Below are positions 10,328-21,312 of a DNA stretch of 64,000 bases, in pieces (position 1 is the stretch's first letter; every line of letters starts with the position of its first letter). Source of the stretch: Octopus vulgaris. Lineage: Eukaryota. The position numbers and the translations under genes are program-made. The notes below the pieces were generated by a model, which did no database searches, was not told where the DNA came from, and saw nothing but the letters and a program-made list of their open reading frames with translations. Location of the stretch: NCBI GenBank assembly GCA_951406725.2, contig CATOCA020000001.1:11594001-11658000 (forward strand). The letters are read 5' to 3'.

Positions 10328-13300
10328 TCAGAATTTGGGCACTATGGCCCACTCAAGTAGAGAGTTATTGTTTACAGAGACATATCCAGGTGTAGGGGGT
10401 TTATCCGGGATTTCTTGAAGGAATCTGTCCAAAGACTTCTTGAACCCTATAGGGTCAGTTTCTGTTTTAATGTGTTTTGGTGTAATGTTAAAGAGAGCGG
10501 GGCCCATTGAGGTGAAATAATTGTGCCGTATTGTTGTTATGAGATGAGAGTGCGATTTTTGTTTTGGACGGATGGCACGGGGCCCAAGCCTTGGATGTAC
10601 CTTAAAGGTGATACCAACATCATTTGGGCAATGCTGATGGAATATTTTCCACATCATGCAGATGATGTAGCGCTCACGACGACGTTGGAGAGAATAGAGT
10701 TTTAGCTTTTCTAGCCGACCCCAATAGTCGAGGCCTGTCATGCCATCTATCTTTTTTGTGATTGCCCTTTGAGGTGCTTCAACTTTTATGATACCTTGTA
10801 TTGTGTGGGGAGACCACAGTGGACAACAGTATTCAAGGTGGGGTCGGGCAAAAGTGGAGAAGAGAAGGATAATGGTGTGGATATCTCTCGACTGGAAAGT
10901 TCTGAGAATCCAGGAACACATTCTGCGGGCCATGTCAACTTTGGTGTTTATATGAGTGGCCCAGCTTACGTTGTTGTCCACAATTACTCCCAAGTCTCTG
11001 ATGTTGTTGGACGCCGCGAGAGTTTCACCTGAAGGAAGGGAGTATGGGAGTTTCAGGGCATCCTCTTTTCCAAAGTGGATTAGCTCAAATTTATCCTCGT
11101 TCAGCAGCATATTGTTTTTTTCTGCCCATTGGATAACAGCCAGTAGATCTGACTGAAGGCATGTCCGGTCACTCGCCTCATTTATGACCTTCTGTAGCTT
11201 GGAGTCATCTGCAAAGATTTTTATGTTGCTGTGCTTGATGATGTCATTAATGTCATTAATGTAAATGATGAAAAGAAGTGGGCCCAGCACAGTGCCTTGC
11301 GGAACGCCACTACTGACTTTGGCTGGGCTTGATTTTACCCCTTCAACTACAACATGTTGAGATCTGTCTGTCAGGAAACACTTAATCCATTTCAGTAACT
11401 TTCCAGAGACACCAATGTTGGATAGTTTTTTCAATAGGATCTTGTGATCGACCCTGTCGAAGGCCTTACTGAAATCAAGGTAGATGACATCGGTGTTGGA
11501 GCCCTCTCCCAAAGCTCTCAAAATGTCCTCAAAGTGATGCAGGAGCTGCGTTAGGCAGTCCCTTCCATTACGGAACCCATGTTGGTTGGAGATCAGCCGT
11601 CTGTTGCTTTCCAGAAATTGGGTTATTCGAGATCTCACCACCCTCTCAAATACCTTGATGATATGAGAGGTGAGTGAGATCGGACGGTAATTCACTGCAA
11701 GGGACTTGTTTCCCTTTTTGAAAACTGGGACAACAGACTGGGACAGAAGGTTTTTGGAATATAGCCAGCATCCAGTGAGTTTCTCCACAGATTAGCAAGG
11801 GGAGATGCAAGTTGGTGTCGACACACCTTCAGGACACAAGCAGGGAACCTATCGGGGCCTACTGCTGAATTGTGTTTTATTTCGTTTATCGCCGCTAAGA
11901 CATCAGGGGCACTAAACGTTATGTCCGATATAGTGTGTTGGGGGTTGACATCACTGATACAGCCCAGATCGGCCATATCAGGATTGCTGAAAACAGAGCA
12001 GTATTGTTTCTGCAGTATCTCGGCCATGGATTTGGCATTATCTTGGAGAGTGCCAGTTTCGTCAATTAGAGGGCCTACAGTGGAGACAGTGACCCTGCGT
12101 TTCCTCGCAAATGAAAAGAACACTTTGGGGTTGAGTTTGATTTTTTCAATGGCCCACTTCTCCTCAGCTGATCTTTGGTTATTGATGAGGGTCTTCATGC
12201 ATTGTTGGAGGTTATATTTTTTGGATTCAAGCAGTGCGATAGCCGTCGAATGTGTGTGTTGCTGTTGGCAGTACTTTAGTTTGTTAATTTTTTTGTTTGT
12301 TCTTTTTATTTTTCTGATAATGGTTTTTCTGTTTTGGGGGATTCTGCACTTTTTGTTCACAGGTCTTGGTGGGGAGTGTTTTGCACATATGTCTGTGACG
12401 GTGTCTACAAAGATCTGCCAAGATGTTTTATGGTTGGTGGAGATGTGTGTATGTGTAAAGGACCAGTCAACATTTGATAGCTCGTTCCTGATTGCATCCC
12501 AGTTGGCTTTATGGAGATCCATGTTGTCAAATGGGTGGGCTGGAGGAAGGTCACTAGGATTAGCTTTCGGCTGGTGGAATTTCATGTTACAGAGAACCAT
12601 GTCATGGTCTGAAAGAAGGGTTTTTTCCACTGTAACGTTATGTATAGTGTTAGTGTGGTTACTAAACACTAGGTCCAAAATGTTCTGATGTCTTGTTGGT
12701 GCAAGGACAAGTTGGGACAAGAAAAACTCATTCGTAAAGTCGAAAAGTGACTCTGCTGCTTCTTTGTCAGCGGTTGAGGCGGGAGTGCTTGGTTTCAAAC
12801 AGTTTGTAGTCCAGTCAACACAGGGTAGATTGAAGTCTCCCATCATGAGTAGGTTGCTAGAATGGCACTGTTGAATAAAGCACTTAATGCTGTTGAGGCA
12901 TTCTTTAAAGCACTGTATGGATGTTTGGGGCGGCCTATAGAGCCCAATTACTGTAAGGCCATTGGCTTTGTTGTGCACGGTGACTGATTCACAGTAGCCG
13001 TTGGAGAATATACTATTTCCATCTGCCGTAAATGAATCATGCAGGAAAATGGCAGTTCCACCCTTCCTCCTGCCGATACGATCCGCGCGGATGGTTGTGA
13101 AATTCTTCACTCTCTCTTCGGCTTCCAAGTGGGAGTTGTCAAGGTGGGTCTCAGTGAGAATGAAGAAAGGGATGTGGTGTGAATGGTTACCAACCCAGTC
13201 TTCAATGAATTGGACCTTCCATTTTTGTGCATTGATGGAAGGGCTGACACCTTGTGCATTGAGTAGGAATGTGGAGGTTAGTGTAGTGGCTGGTTTTGAC

Positions 13301-13566
13301 TGTTGCAGGGGGCTTGGATTTTTTGTGTGTGTTAGTGGCAGCAATGTGGGGAATTGGTGCACTGGGGTAATAGCATAGGATGGTGTTGAGTGATGGCTAG
13401 AATGTTTTTGTGTATCTCTTTTGCCATGTTCAACATGGCTAAAAAGAATTTTCCTGCTTAGGGAGCAGTTTTTGGCTGGAGGTGTGGTTGCACTGTTGGA
13501 TAGGGTTGTAGTTTCCACTTTTGTTGTTGTTGTTTTTGTGTCTTCCTGAAAAGACTGGACCAGCAT
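10328..13566 (-). CDS. LINE ORF2: apurinic endonuclease + reverse transcriptase (about 1079 aa if one frameshift at the T5 run 11751-11755 is repaired)
   Basis: APE motifs LLNAQG, LTETHL, GLYRPP, MGDFN, LDLVF, SDHD; RT motifs YRPISLTS, QHGFR, LDFSKAFD, GVPQG, FADD; adding one A gives GYIPKNLLSQSVVPVFKKG. Confidence 0.92.
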
Positions 13567-14563
13567 TACTGCAGCATGGTGTGTTTCTATTTTTATTGTT
13601 ATTCAGGTTTGTGTGTTGGCTTGAGGCCCCGTTTCTGTTTGTGCGTCGGGTCCCTGGAAGATGAGTGAAGGGACAGTCACTCAGTAGACATGTTCTCTCA
13701 CGTTGGGAATACCGGCAGATTTTGGGACTCCGAGTTGTGTGTGTTTTGAATTTCGATTTACTATTTGGTGGTGTTGATGTTATTGTGGGATGCGTGCTTT
13801 GGCCTTGGCCGGTAGTGCGTCTAGTGCCGGGTAGATGCGTGAAGATGCAGTCACTATTTGTGCAGAGTCTCTGGCGCAGTGAATAGCGGCATATTTGGGG
13901 ATTTCTTGTTTGTGCCGTGGGGGGCGCATTCTGCTTCCTATGTTTCTTTAAGTTTTTGTTACTGCAGTAGTATTGAGGTGGTGATGTGGGGGAAGAGGGC
14001 AGTGGTTTCTTATTTGGTTTTCTGTCGGTATTTTTGGTGATAGAAGACGATGGTGGCAGCGGTGGTGATGATGATGATGATAATTGTGGTGGTTGCTGTG
14101 AGAGCGGTGAAAAGATACTGGCATTTAGTGAATCGTCTAGTAAGCTAGAGTTGAGGAGTGGCTGTTGTTGTTCTTGTTGCTGTGGCTGTTGTTGTTGTTG
14201 TTGTTGTGCCTGACCGATTTCAGGGTCAGCCATTGTGCTGGGAACCAGGAGTGGCTCATTCTGTTGTTGTTGTTGTTGTGGCTGCTGATTTTCTAGCTGT
14301 TGTTGTTCTTGAACTGTGAAAATATGTAGAAGCTTTTCATAATGGCCTCTTATCAGTTTGAAAGATACTTCGATATGTTTCAACTTGCTACGAATCTGTT
14401 TGACGGATCGTGTGTTGACCACTTGTGATGTTTTTTCGGCAATCTCATTCAAACACAAGACATTTAGATTTTCTGTTTGGGAAAGAGAGAGCCATGTGTT
14501 TATTAAAACATCAATTTCGTTATCAGACCAATTTCGTCTGTTGCAGGCCTGCAAGTTAGTCAT
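13439..14563 (-). CDS. LINE ORF1, 374 aa: Myb/SANT-like N-terminus, polyQ and Ser/Pro linker, two CCCH zinc fingers
   Basis: NWSDNEIDVLINTW...RSVKQIRSKLKHI; CRYSLRQRLCTNSDCIFTHLPGTRR and CRYSQRERTCLLSDCPFTHLPGTRR (C-x8-C-x4-C-x3-H). Confidence 0.85.
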   Translation of the reverse strand: MTNLQACNRRNWSDNEIDVLINTWLSLSQTENLNVLCLNEIAEKTSQVVNTRSVKQIRSKLKHIEVSFKLIRGHYEKLLHIFTVQEQQQLENQQPQQQQQQNEPLLVPSTMADPEIGQAQQQQQQQPQQQEQQQPLLNSSLLDDSLNASIFSPLSQQPPQLSSSSSPPLPPSSSITKNTDRKPNKKPLPSSPTSPPQYYCSNKNLKKHRKQNAPPTAQTRNPQICRYSLRQRLCTNSDCIFTHLPGTRRTTGQGQSTHPTITSTPPNSKSKFKTHTTRSPKICRYSQRERTCLLSDCPFTHLPGTRRTNRNGASSQHTNLNNNKNRNTPCCSNAGPVFSGRHKNNNNKSGNYNPIQQCNHTSSQKLLPKQENSF

Positions 14564-14796
14564 GTTTGTTTTTCTTTTGTTTGTTTTCCTTTTGATTTTT
14601 GAAAATATATATATTCTTTCTTGGGAGTTAAAGAAGTGTATATATATATATAAATGTTCTCTCTTAAGGGTGTGAGTTATTGATTATTTGGTTGTTTGAG
14701 GATATTAAAAGAAAAACAGTTGTATATAACAATTTGTAGTTAAATGAAAACGTACTTACGGGTTTGTAGGCAAACACGTGGTTACAAATATATATA

Positions 14797-14959
14797 TCCA
14801 AACAGAAATTATCTCTTTAATTACTAACCAAACAGAAATAGCAGCTTGACAATCCCGTATATGCATAATGCATATATAGTTTTATGCATATGTGTATATC
14901 ATTCTATATATCGATATTTATATATTTATATATTAAATATATATATATATATATATATG

Positions 14960-14999
<40 letters not shown>

Positions 15000-15250
15000 C
15001 ATGTATATATATATGCATTTTGAAATATCGATATATAGAATGATATACACATATGCATAAAACTATATATGCATTATGCATATACGGGATTGTCAAGCTG
15101 CTATTTCTGTTTGGTTAGTAATTAAAGAGATAATTTCTGTTTGGATGTAATTAAAGAGATAATTACAATGTTTGTGCTGAAAGAGAATCCTGTATTTGCC
15201 ATAATTAGTCATCTTCATAATTAAGGTGGCGGGCTGACAGAATACATACA
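14797..15250. repeat. AT-rich palindrome P, copy with truncated left arm
   Basis: 14797-14918 is the reverse complement of about 15025-15146; the whole block is a direct copy of 16539-16990. Confidence 0.9.
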
Positions 15251-15304
15251 TATATATAAGCATTTATATATATTTATGTATGTACATATATATATTTGTA
15301 TATA

Positions 15305-15361
<57 letters not shown>

Positions 15362-15412
15362 GTATAGGTATATATATATGTATATATATATATGTATAGG
15401 TATATATATATG

Positions 15413-15443
<31 letters not shown>

Positions 15444-15467
15444 TTGTATATATATATATATATATAT

Positions 15468-16083
15468 TGTATCTAGGTTAGTTGAAATATGTTTCTGATA
15501 TATTTCCACTGCTGAACGACAAGGTGAAAAGGTATAAAAACGACATATGTGTCCAGTGCTTCCATCTCAACAGCGAAATTGCTAGAAACATCAACGTCTG
15601 TGATCCTGGCACTGGACAGAAATGGCGTTTTTATATACTTTTAGGTGAAGAGAGAATTCTCACCACGTTGTAACTGCTGTAAATTTGCCTTTTAACAGTT
15701 GAAATATTTATTAACTAGAATAAAATTTGCATAATACTGGAAAATTTTTAATGAACGGACAATATTAATATTAATTAATAATTCATGTAATGACACGATG
15801 ATGTTGATAATGGTGATGACAACTATAATGGTAGTGACGGGGGTGGGGTGGATGTATTCAGTTTTATACTGAAAAATATAAAAATACTTGAAAACAATTG
15901 TTTAGAAAAACAAAACACTTCAGATGGCCAGAATTTGTCGATGGAATAGTTATCAGCATCCACCAGTTGGTCAAATTTGGAGTGTCAGCACTTAAGAGGG
16001 AAAAACAAAATGAGAACTTTAAAAATTCCACGAACTGCTGCAAACGGATACCATCTGCACTGAGTATTAGAAACACACAGACA

Positions 16084-16119
<36 letters not shown>

Positions 16120-16330
16120 ATGTGTTTGCCTGTAAACTCAAGTGGTTGTTAAGCATAGGATGGGTGGAAAAATTTTGTATCAGAGAAATACAATGTTATT
16201 TATTTAACATGAAACGAACCAATATTTTTGCACACACTAACGCATGTCTATCTATCTATCTATCTATCTACCTATCTATCTATCTTTCTATCTATCTAGA
16301 TATCAATCTCTCTCTATTCATATATATATA
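15468..16330. repeat. Duplicated block A, copy 1 (copy 2 at about 27200-28000)
   Basis: ttgtatctaggttagttgaaatatgtttctgatatatttccactgctgaacgacaagg... matches with few substitutions and one about 14-bp indel. Confidence 0.92.
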
Positions 16331-16350
16331 TATGTATGTATATATATATG

Positions 16351-16433
<83 letters not shown>

Positions 16434-16443
<10 letters not shown>

Positions 16444-16676
16444 TCTGTCAGCCCGCCACCTTAATTATGAAGATGACTAATTATGGCAAATACAGGATTC
16501 TCTTTCAGCACAAACATTGTAATTATCTCTTTAATTACATCCAAACAGAAATTATCTCTTTAATTACTAACCAAACAGAAATAGCAGCTTGACAATCCCG
16601 TATATGCATAATGCATATATAGTTTTATGCATATGTGTATATCATTCTATATATCGATATTTATATATTTATATAT

Positions 16677-16736
<60 letters not shown>

Positions 16737-16978
16737 CATGTATATATATATGCATTTTGAAATATCGATATATAGAATGATATACACATATGCATAAAAC
16801 TATATATGCATTATGCATATACGGGATTGTCAAGCTGCTATTTCTGTTTGGTTAGTAATTAAAGAGATAATTTCTGTTTGGATGTAATTAAAGAGATAAT
16901 TACAATGTTTGTGCTGAAAGAGAATCCTGTATTTGCCATAATTAGTCATCTTCATAATTAAGGTGGCGGGCTGACAGA

Positions 16979-16990
<12 letters not shown>
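16434..16990. repeat. AT-rich palindrome P, complete: about 228-bp arms around a (TA)n-rich spacer
   Basis: tattctgtcagcccgccacc...atcgatattt and aaatatcgat...ggtggcgggctgacagaata are reverse complements. Confidence 0.93.
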
Positions 16991-17025
<35 letters not shown>

Positions 17026-17029
<4 letters not shown>

Positions 17030-18135
17030 GCAATATCGTCTCTCATTGCTATCTTCACTATTTGAGAAGAGTATTAAGAATAATCTCATTCGAGATTACA
17101 AACATCTTCGGCTAGTTTAACGCTGTTGTAAACACTAAGCTGATTGGTTGGCAGTTGACACGTGGTCTCTACATAGTCCGCGCCACGTGACACGAATTGT
17201 CTCAACTTATTTTCGCACCATAGTTCCAAGCAGCCAATCACATCTTTCCATTTCTGAAGTTCACTGGGAGCCTGTTGAAGCTTATAAATAAGGTTTCTCA
17301 GAAGAAATATCGTCTTTGACTTTTAGTTCTTCTCAGAGCTAAGTCTCTGACCACAGAGCTCGTCTTAGGTTTCCAGTCCTTCTAAGGGCGAACCTCTGAC
17401 CACACAGCATACTCGACCAAGTTCCAGTTCAAGGCTGGCGACCAACATTAATACAAGAGGTTACAGATACCTCTTATACTGTTAGTGTGAAATATCACCA
17501 TGAAGAAAACGGTTACAATATATCTATAACTAGAGAAAACATCAAGCAAAATAATGAAGAAGCAACAAGAACCAAATCGACAAACGTCGAAGATTTAAAT
17601 CGTACACGAGACCAACTCCAGATTCAACTATAGCGGTTAGGTGAATTATCGCCACGAAGAAAACGGCTACAGAAACATATCTGGAGGTATGTTCATATCA
17701 AGAGAAAGATAAACACAACGAGTGATTCAATTAATCTCAACTGCGACACGCAGCTCTTGATATGGAATTCTACTGTACCTCATAAACGGTAAATCAATTA
17801 TCTGTTCTTGGGTTCTAGATTCTTCTAAGAACTACCTTAAGCTATCTGTTAATACCTGTTGCCAGGCCAATACCAACAACATGAGCTGTGATTCAAATCC
17901 CATCGTCATTTCACTGGTCAGTAATTTTTACATCTAACAAACACACAGACACAAAAACATGCTATCACTTACAAACTCCCAACATCAAGCATGATTGTAA
18001 ACTATGTAAAATAAATATGTATATATCTTAAAAAGAAATCTTGTTGTCATTCCAAACTTATGTGTTTTGCCGCTGCATGTATTATATAGTCAGTAAAGAC
18101 TTATTAAGAATAGGATCACGTTCCTATTTTTATAC
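17026..18135 (+). repeat. 5' LTR (starts TG; CCAAT 17234, TATAAATA about 17283, AATAAA 18010)
   Basis: Matches 20202-21311; I saw only one substitution (cgcacca versus cgcgcca). Confidence 0.95.
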
Positions 18136-18145
18136 TGGTGACCCC
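18136..18145 (+). promoter_or_regulatory. Primer-binding site 1 (tRNA-Trp-like, TGGTGACCCC)
   Basis: Immediately follows the LTR; same first 10 nt as the tRNA-Trp PBS of avian retroviruses. Confidence 0.85.
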
Positions 18146-19140
18146 AACAGGATAGCGAACGAAGAACAGAAGTACAACATCATGCTTAGTAACTTGCCGC
18201 CACCGCTAAGCAATGAAATCAGGGATCTGTTACTGAACCCTATGGAACCGCAGTCGTATTCTTCGATTAAGGAAGAAATATTGAGGCGCACGTCTAGTTC
18301 CAAGCAAAAGGAATTCGCGAAATTGTTTAACGGTGAAGAGCTGGGTAATAGAAAACCCACGCAACTGTTAAGGAGAATGAATGAACTGCTGGGGAACCAG
18401 CAAATAGAGGAATCGTACCTCAAAGAGGTATTTTTCAACAAACTGCCGCATAAAACACAAACTTTGCTCTCGGCAGTAAAAAACCAGAACTCAATCCAAC
18501 AGTTGGCGGACCTAGCGGACGGTATTTTGGAATTATCGTCCAAGGAGACTCTTAGTGCAATTCCTTCAATTTCAAGTGAGATTCAAGAATTGAAGAAATG
18601 TTACGAGCTACAGTTCGAAGCTTTGACAAAAAATATTGAGAGCTTACAACTGGAGAGGAACAGCCGAGCCGATCGGAGAAATAACACAAAGTGGCGTAGG
18701 AGATCGAAGAGCCCTAGCGTGAACAGAAACGCCATATGCTGGTATCACGCAAAATTCGGAGAGAATTCCTTTAAGTGCATCAAACCCTGTGCGTTCGATT
18801 TCCTCGCTAAAAAAAAAAGGAAGTTCGGGAAACTTCTAAACCATAGATTGGAAGCGACGAAGTCTGTGGATAGCATTGTAAAAAGTCGCGTGTTTTTCGT
18901 ATACGACTTAAAATCAAAAGAAAGATTTCTCGTGGATACAGGAGCAGCTTGTTCGATATGGCCGGTAAGGCTCTTAAAACAGAAGACGAAACCCGTGTAT
19001 ATGACTCTTCAAGCGGTGAATCAGTCTGAAATTCAAACGTTTGGAGAGATCAGCTTAACGCTCGACATAAATTTGCGAAGAGAATACAAATGGGTATTCG
19101 TAGTAGCAGATTTACCATATCCAATATTAGGAGCGGATTT
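18146..19140 (+). pseudogene. Gypsy gag (N-terminally deleted) fused in frame to aspartic protease
   Basis: LGNRKPTQLLRRM, CWYHAKFGENSFKCIKPC knuckle, FLVDTGAACS protease site, PILGADF. Confidence 0.9.
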
Positions 19141-19142
19141 TT

Positions 19143-19889
19143 TTGGCGCACTACCATTTAATGGTAGATGTGAACAAACAAAAGTTAATAGATACACAAA
19201 CTTCCCTAAAAATTCAGGGAATGAGATGCAGAAGAACAACAATCAGTCCACTATATTTCATAGCGTCCACAGAAAATAAGTACCACAAAATTTTGGAAAA
19301 CTATCCACAAATAACGAAGCAGTTAGCTCTGAATACCACGTGTACGCATTCGGTGACACATCACATCATCACACAAGGACCACCGAGTTTTTCTAAAGCG
19401 AGGAGATTATCGCCAGAGAAATTGAAGGTGGCTAAGGCGGAGTTTCGCCATATGATGGACCTGGGTATAATCCGTCCTTCTAGTAGTAGCTGGTCAACAC
19501 CATTAGTTATGGTAAAGAAAAACCTCATCGACTGGCGACCTTGTGGTGATTTTAGACAACTGAATGCGAAAACAAAGCCTGACAAATATCCAATACCCCA
19601 CATAATGGATTTTGCGACTTCTTTGAGTGGTTGTACCATTTTTTCGAAGATAGATTTAGTCAGGGCGTACAACCAAATTCCTGTGGCAGAAAACGATATA
19701 CCAAAGACAGCCATTACCACCCCATTTGGTTTGTTTGAATTTCTTCGCATGCCCTTCGGATTGAGGAATGCGGCAAATACTTTTCAAAGGTTTATGGATG
19801 AAGTGACACGAAATTTACCTTTCGTGTTTGCTTATATAGACGATATTCTCATCGCTAGTCCATCGGAAGAAACGCATGAAGAGCATTAA
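19143..19889 (+). pseudogene. Gypsy pol reverse transcriptase, truncated just after YIDD
   Basis: [57 protein letters not shown]. Confidence 0.93.
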
Positions 19890-20023
19890 AAAGAAATCTT
19901 GTTGTCATTCCAAACTTACGTGTATTACCTGGTCATAGTATAATTATTAAGAATGGGATCTCGTGCGATGGTATAATTATACGATACGACCGCATGTGAT
20001 CTTATTTTTATACTGGTGACCCC
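19886..20023 (+). other. Internal divergent U5 copy plus second PBS (20014-20023)
   Basis: 19886-19918 is identical to LTR 18028-18060, then diverges, and ends tttttatac-TGGTGACCCC like the 5' LTR/PBS junction. Confidence 0.9.
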
Positions 20024-20201
20024 TTTAATACGCAGGACTTCTGATATACTGCGCGGCAAACGGTAGACATGAGTTACGAAATTGACACAAGAGAACGATG
20101 AAGGAGGAACTTTTCAAGAAAAACAAAAAAAATAGTTATATATAATAATGTCAATTTTATCGACGTTTTGTCGTAGACAAAACGTCTGGCAAGAGGCTAT
20201 A

Positions 20202-21312
20202 TGTAGCAATATCGTCTCTCATTGCTATCTTCACTATTTGAGAAGAGTATTAAGAATAATCTCATTCGAGATTACAAACATCTTCGGCTAGTTTAACGCT
20301 GTTGTAAACACTAAGCTGATTGGTTGGCAGTTGACACGTGGTCTCTACATAGTCCGCGCCACGTGACACGAATTGTCTCAACTTATTTTCGCGCCATAGT
20401 TCCAAGCAGCCAATCACATCTTTCCATTTCTGAAGTTCACTGGGAGCCTGTTGAAGCTTATAAATAAGGTTTCTCAGAAGAAATATCGTCTTTGACTTTT
20501 AGTTCTTCTCAGAGCTAAGTCTCTGACCACAGAGCTCGTCTTAGGTTTCCAGTCCTTCTAAGGGCGAACCTCTGACCACACAGCATACTCGACCAAGTTC
20601 CAGTTCAAGGCTGGCGACCAACATTAATACAAGAGGTTACAGATACCTCTTATACTGTTAGTGTGAAATATCACCATGAAGAAAACGGTTACAATATATC
20701 TATAACTAGAGAAAACATCAAGCAAAATAATGAAGAAGCAACAAGAACCAAATCGACAAACGTCGAAGATTTAAATCGTACACGAGACCAACTCCAGATT
20801 CAACTATAGCGGTTAGGTGAATTATCGCCACGAAGAAAACGGCTACAGAAACATATCTGGAGGTATGTTCATATCAAGAGAAAGATAAACACAACGAGTG
20901 ATTCAATTAATCTCAACTGCGACACGCAGCTCTTGATATGGAATTCTACTGTACCTCATAAACGGTAAATCAATTATCTGTTCTTGGGTTCTAGATTCTT
21001 CTAAGAACTACCTTAAGCTATCTGTTAATACCTGTTGCCAGGCCAATACCAACAACATGAGCTGTGATTCAAATCCCATCGTCATTTCACTGGTCAGTAA
21101 TTTTTACATCTAACAAACACACAGACACAAAAACATGCTATCACTTACAAACTCCCAACATCAAGCATGATTGTAAACTATGTAAAATAAATATGTATAT
21201 ATCTTAAAAAGAAATCTTGTTGTCATTCCAAACTTATGTGTTTTGCCGCTGCATGTATTATATAGTCAGTAAAGACTTATTAAGAATAGGATCACGTTCC
21301 TATTTTTATACA
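20202..21312 (+). repeat. 3' LTR
   Basis: TGTAGCAATATC...TTTTTATACA, preceded by a weak purine tract ggcaagagg. Confidence 0.95.

Larger units (their letters stand above)
10236..14787 (-). mobile_element. Full-length CR1-group LINE inserted in (TA)n
   Basis: ORF1 + ORF2 (APE-RT), short 3'UTR, (TCAAAGTA)x3 tail at 10236-10259, about 220-bp 5'UTR; the 5' boundary is approximate. Confidence 0.93.
17026..21312 (+). mobile_element. Ty3/Gypsy LTR retrotransposon, young, deleted and chimeric (no RNase H or integrase)
   Basis: Two 1.11-kb LTRs, PBS TGGTGACCCC, gag/protease/partial RT; probable 4-bp TSD (tata). Confidence 0.95.

Noticed and set aside
11870-12688. 272-aa plus-strand ORF
   Set aside because: Antisense shadow of LINE ORF2 with no recognisable motifs
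18041-18145. Apparent N-terminus of the 412-aa gag ORF
   Set aside because: Lies in LTR U5 and the PBS and begins at a TTG; it is open only by chance after deletion of the true gag start
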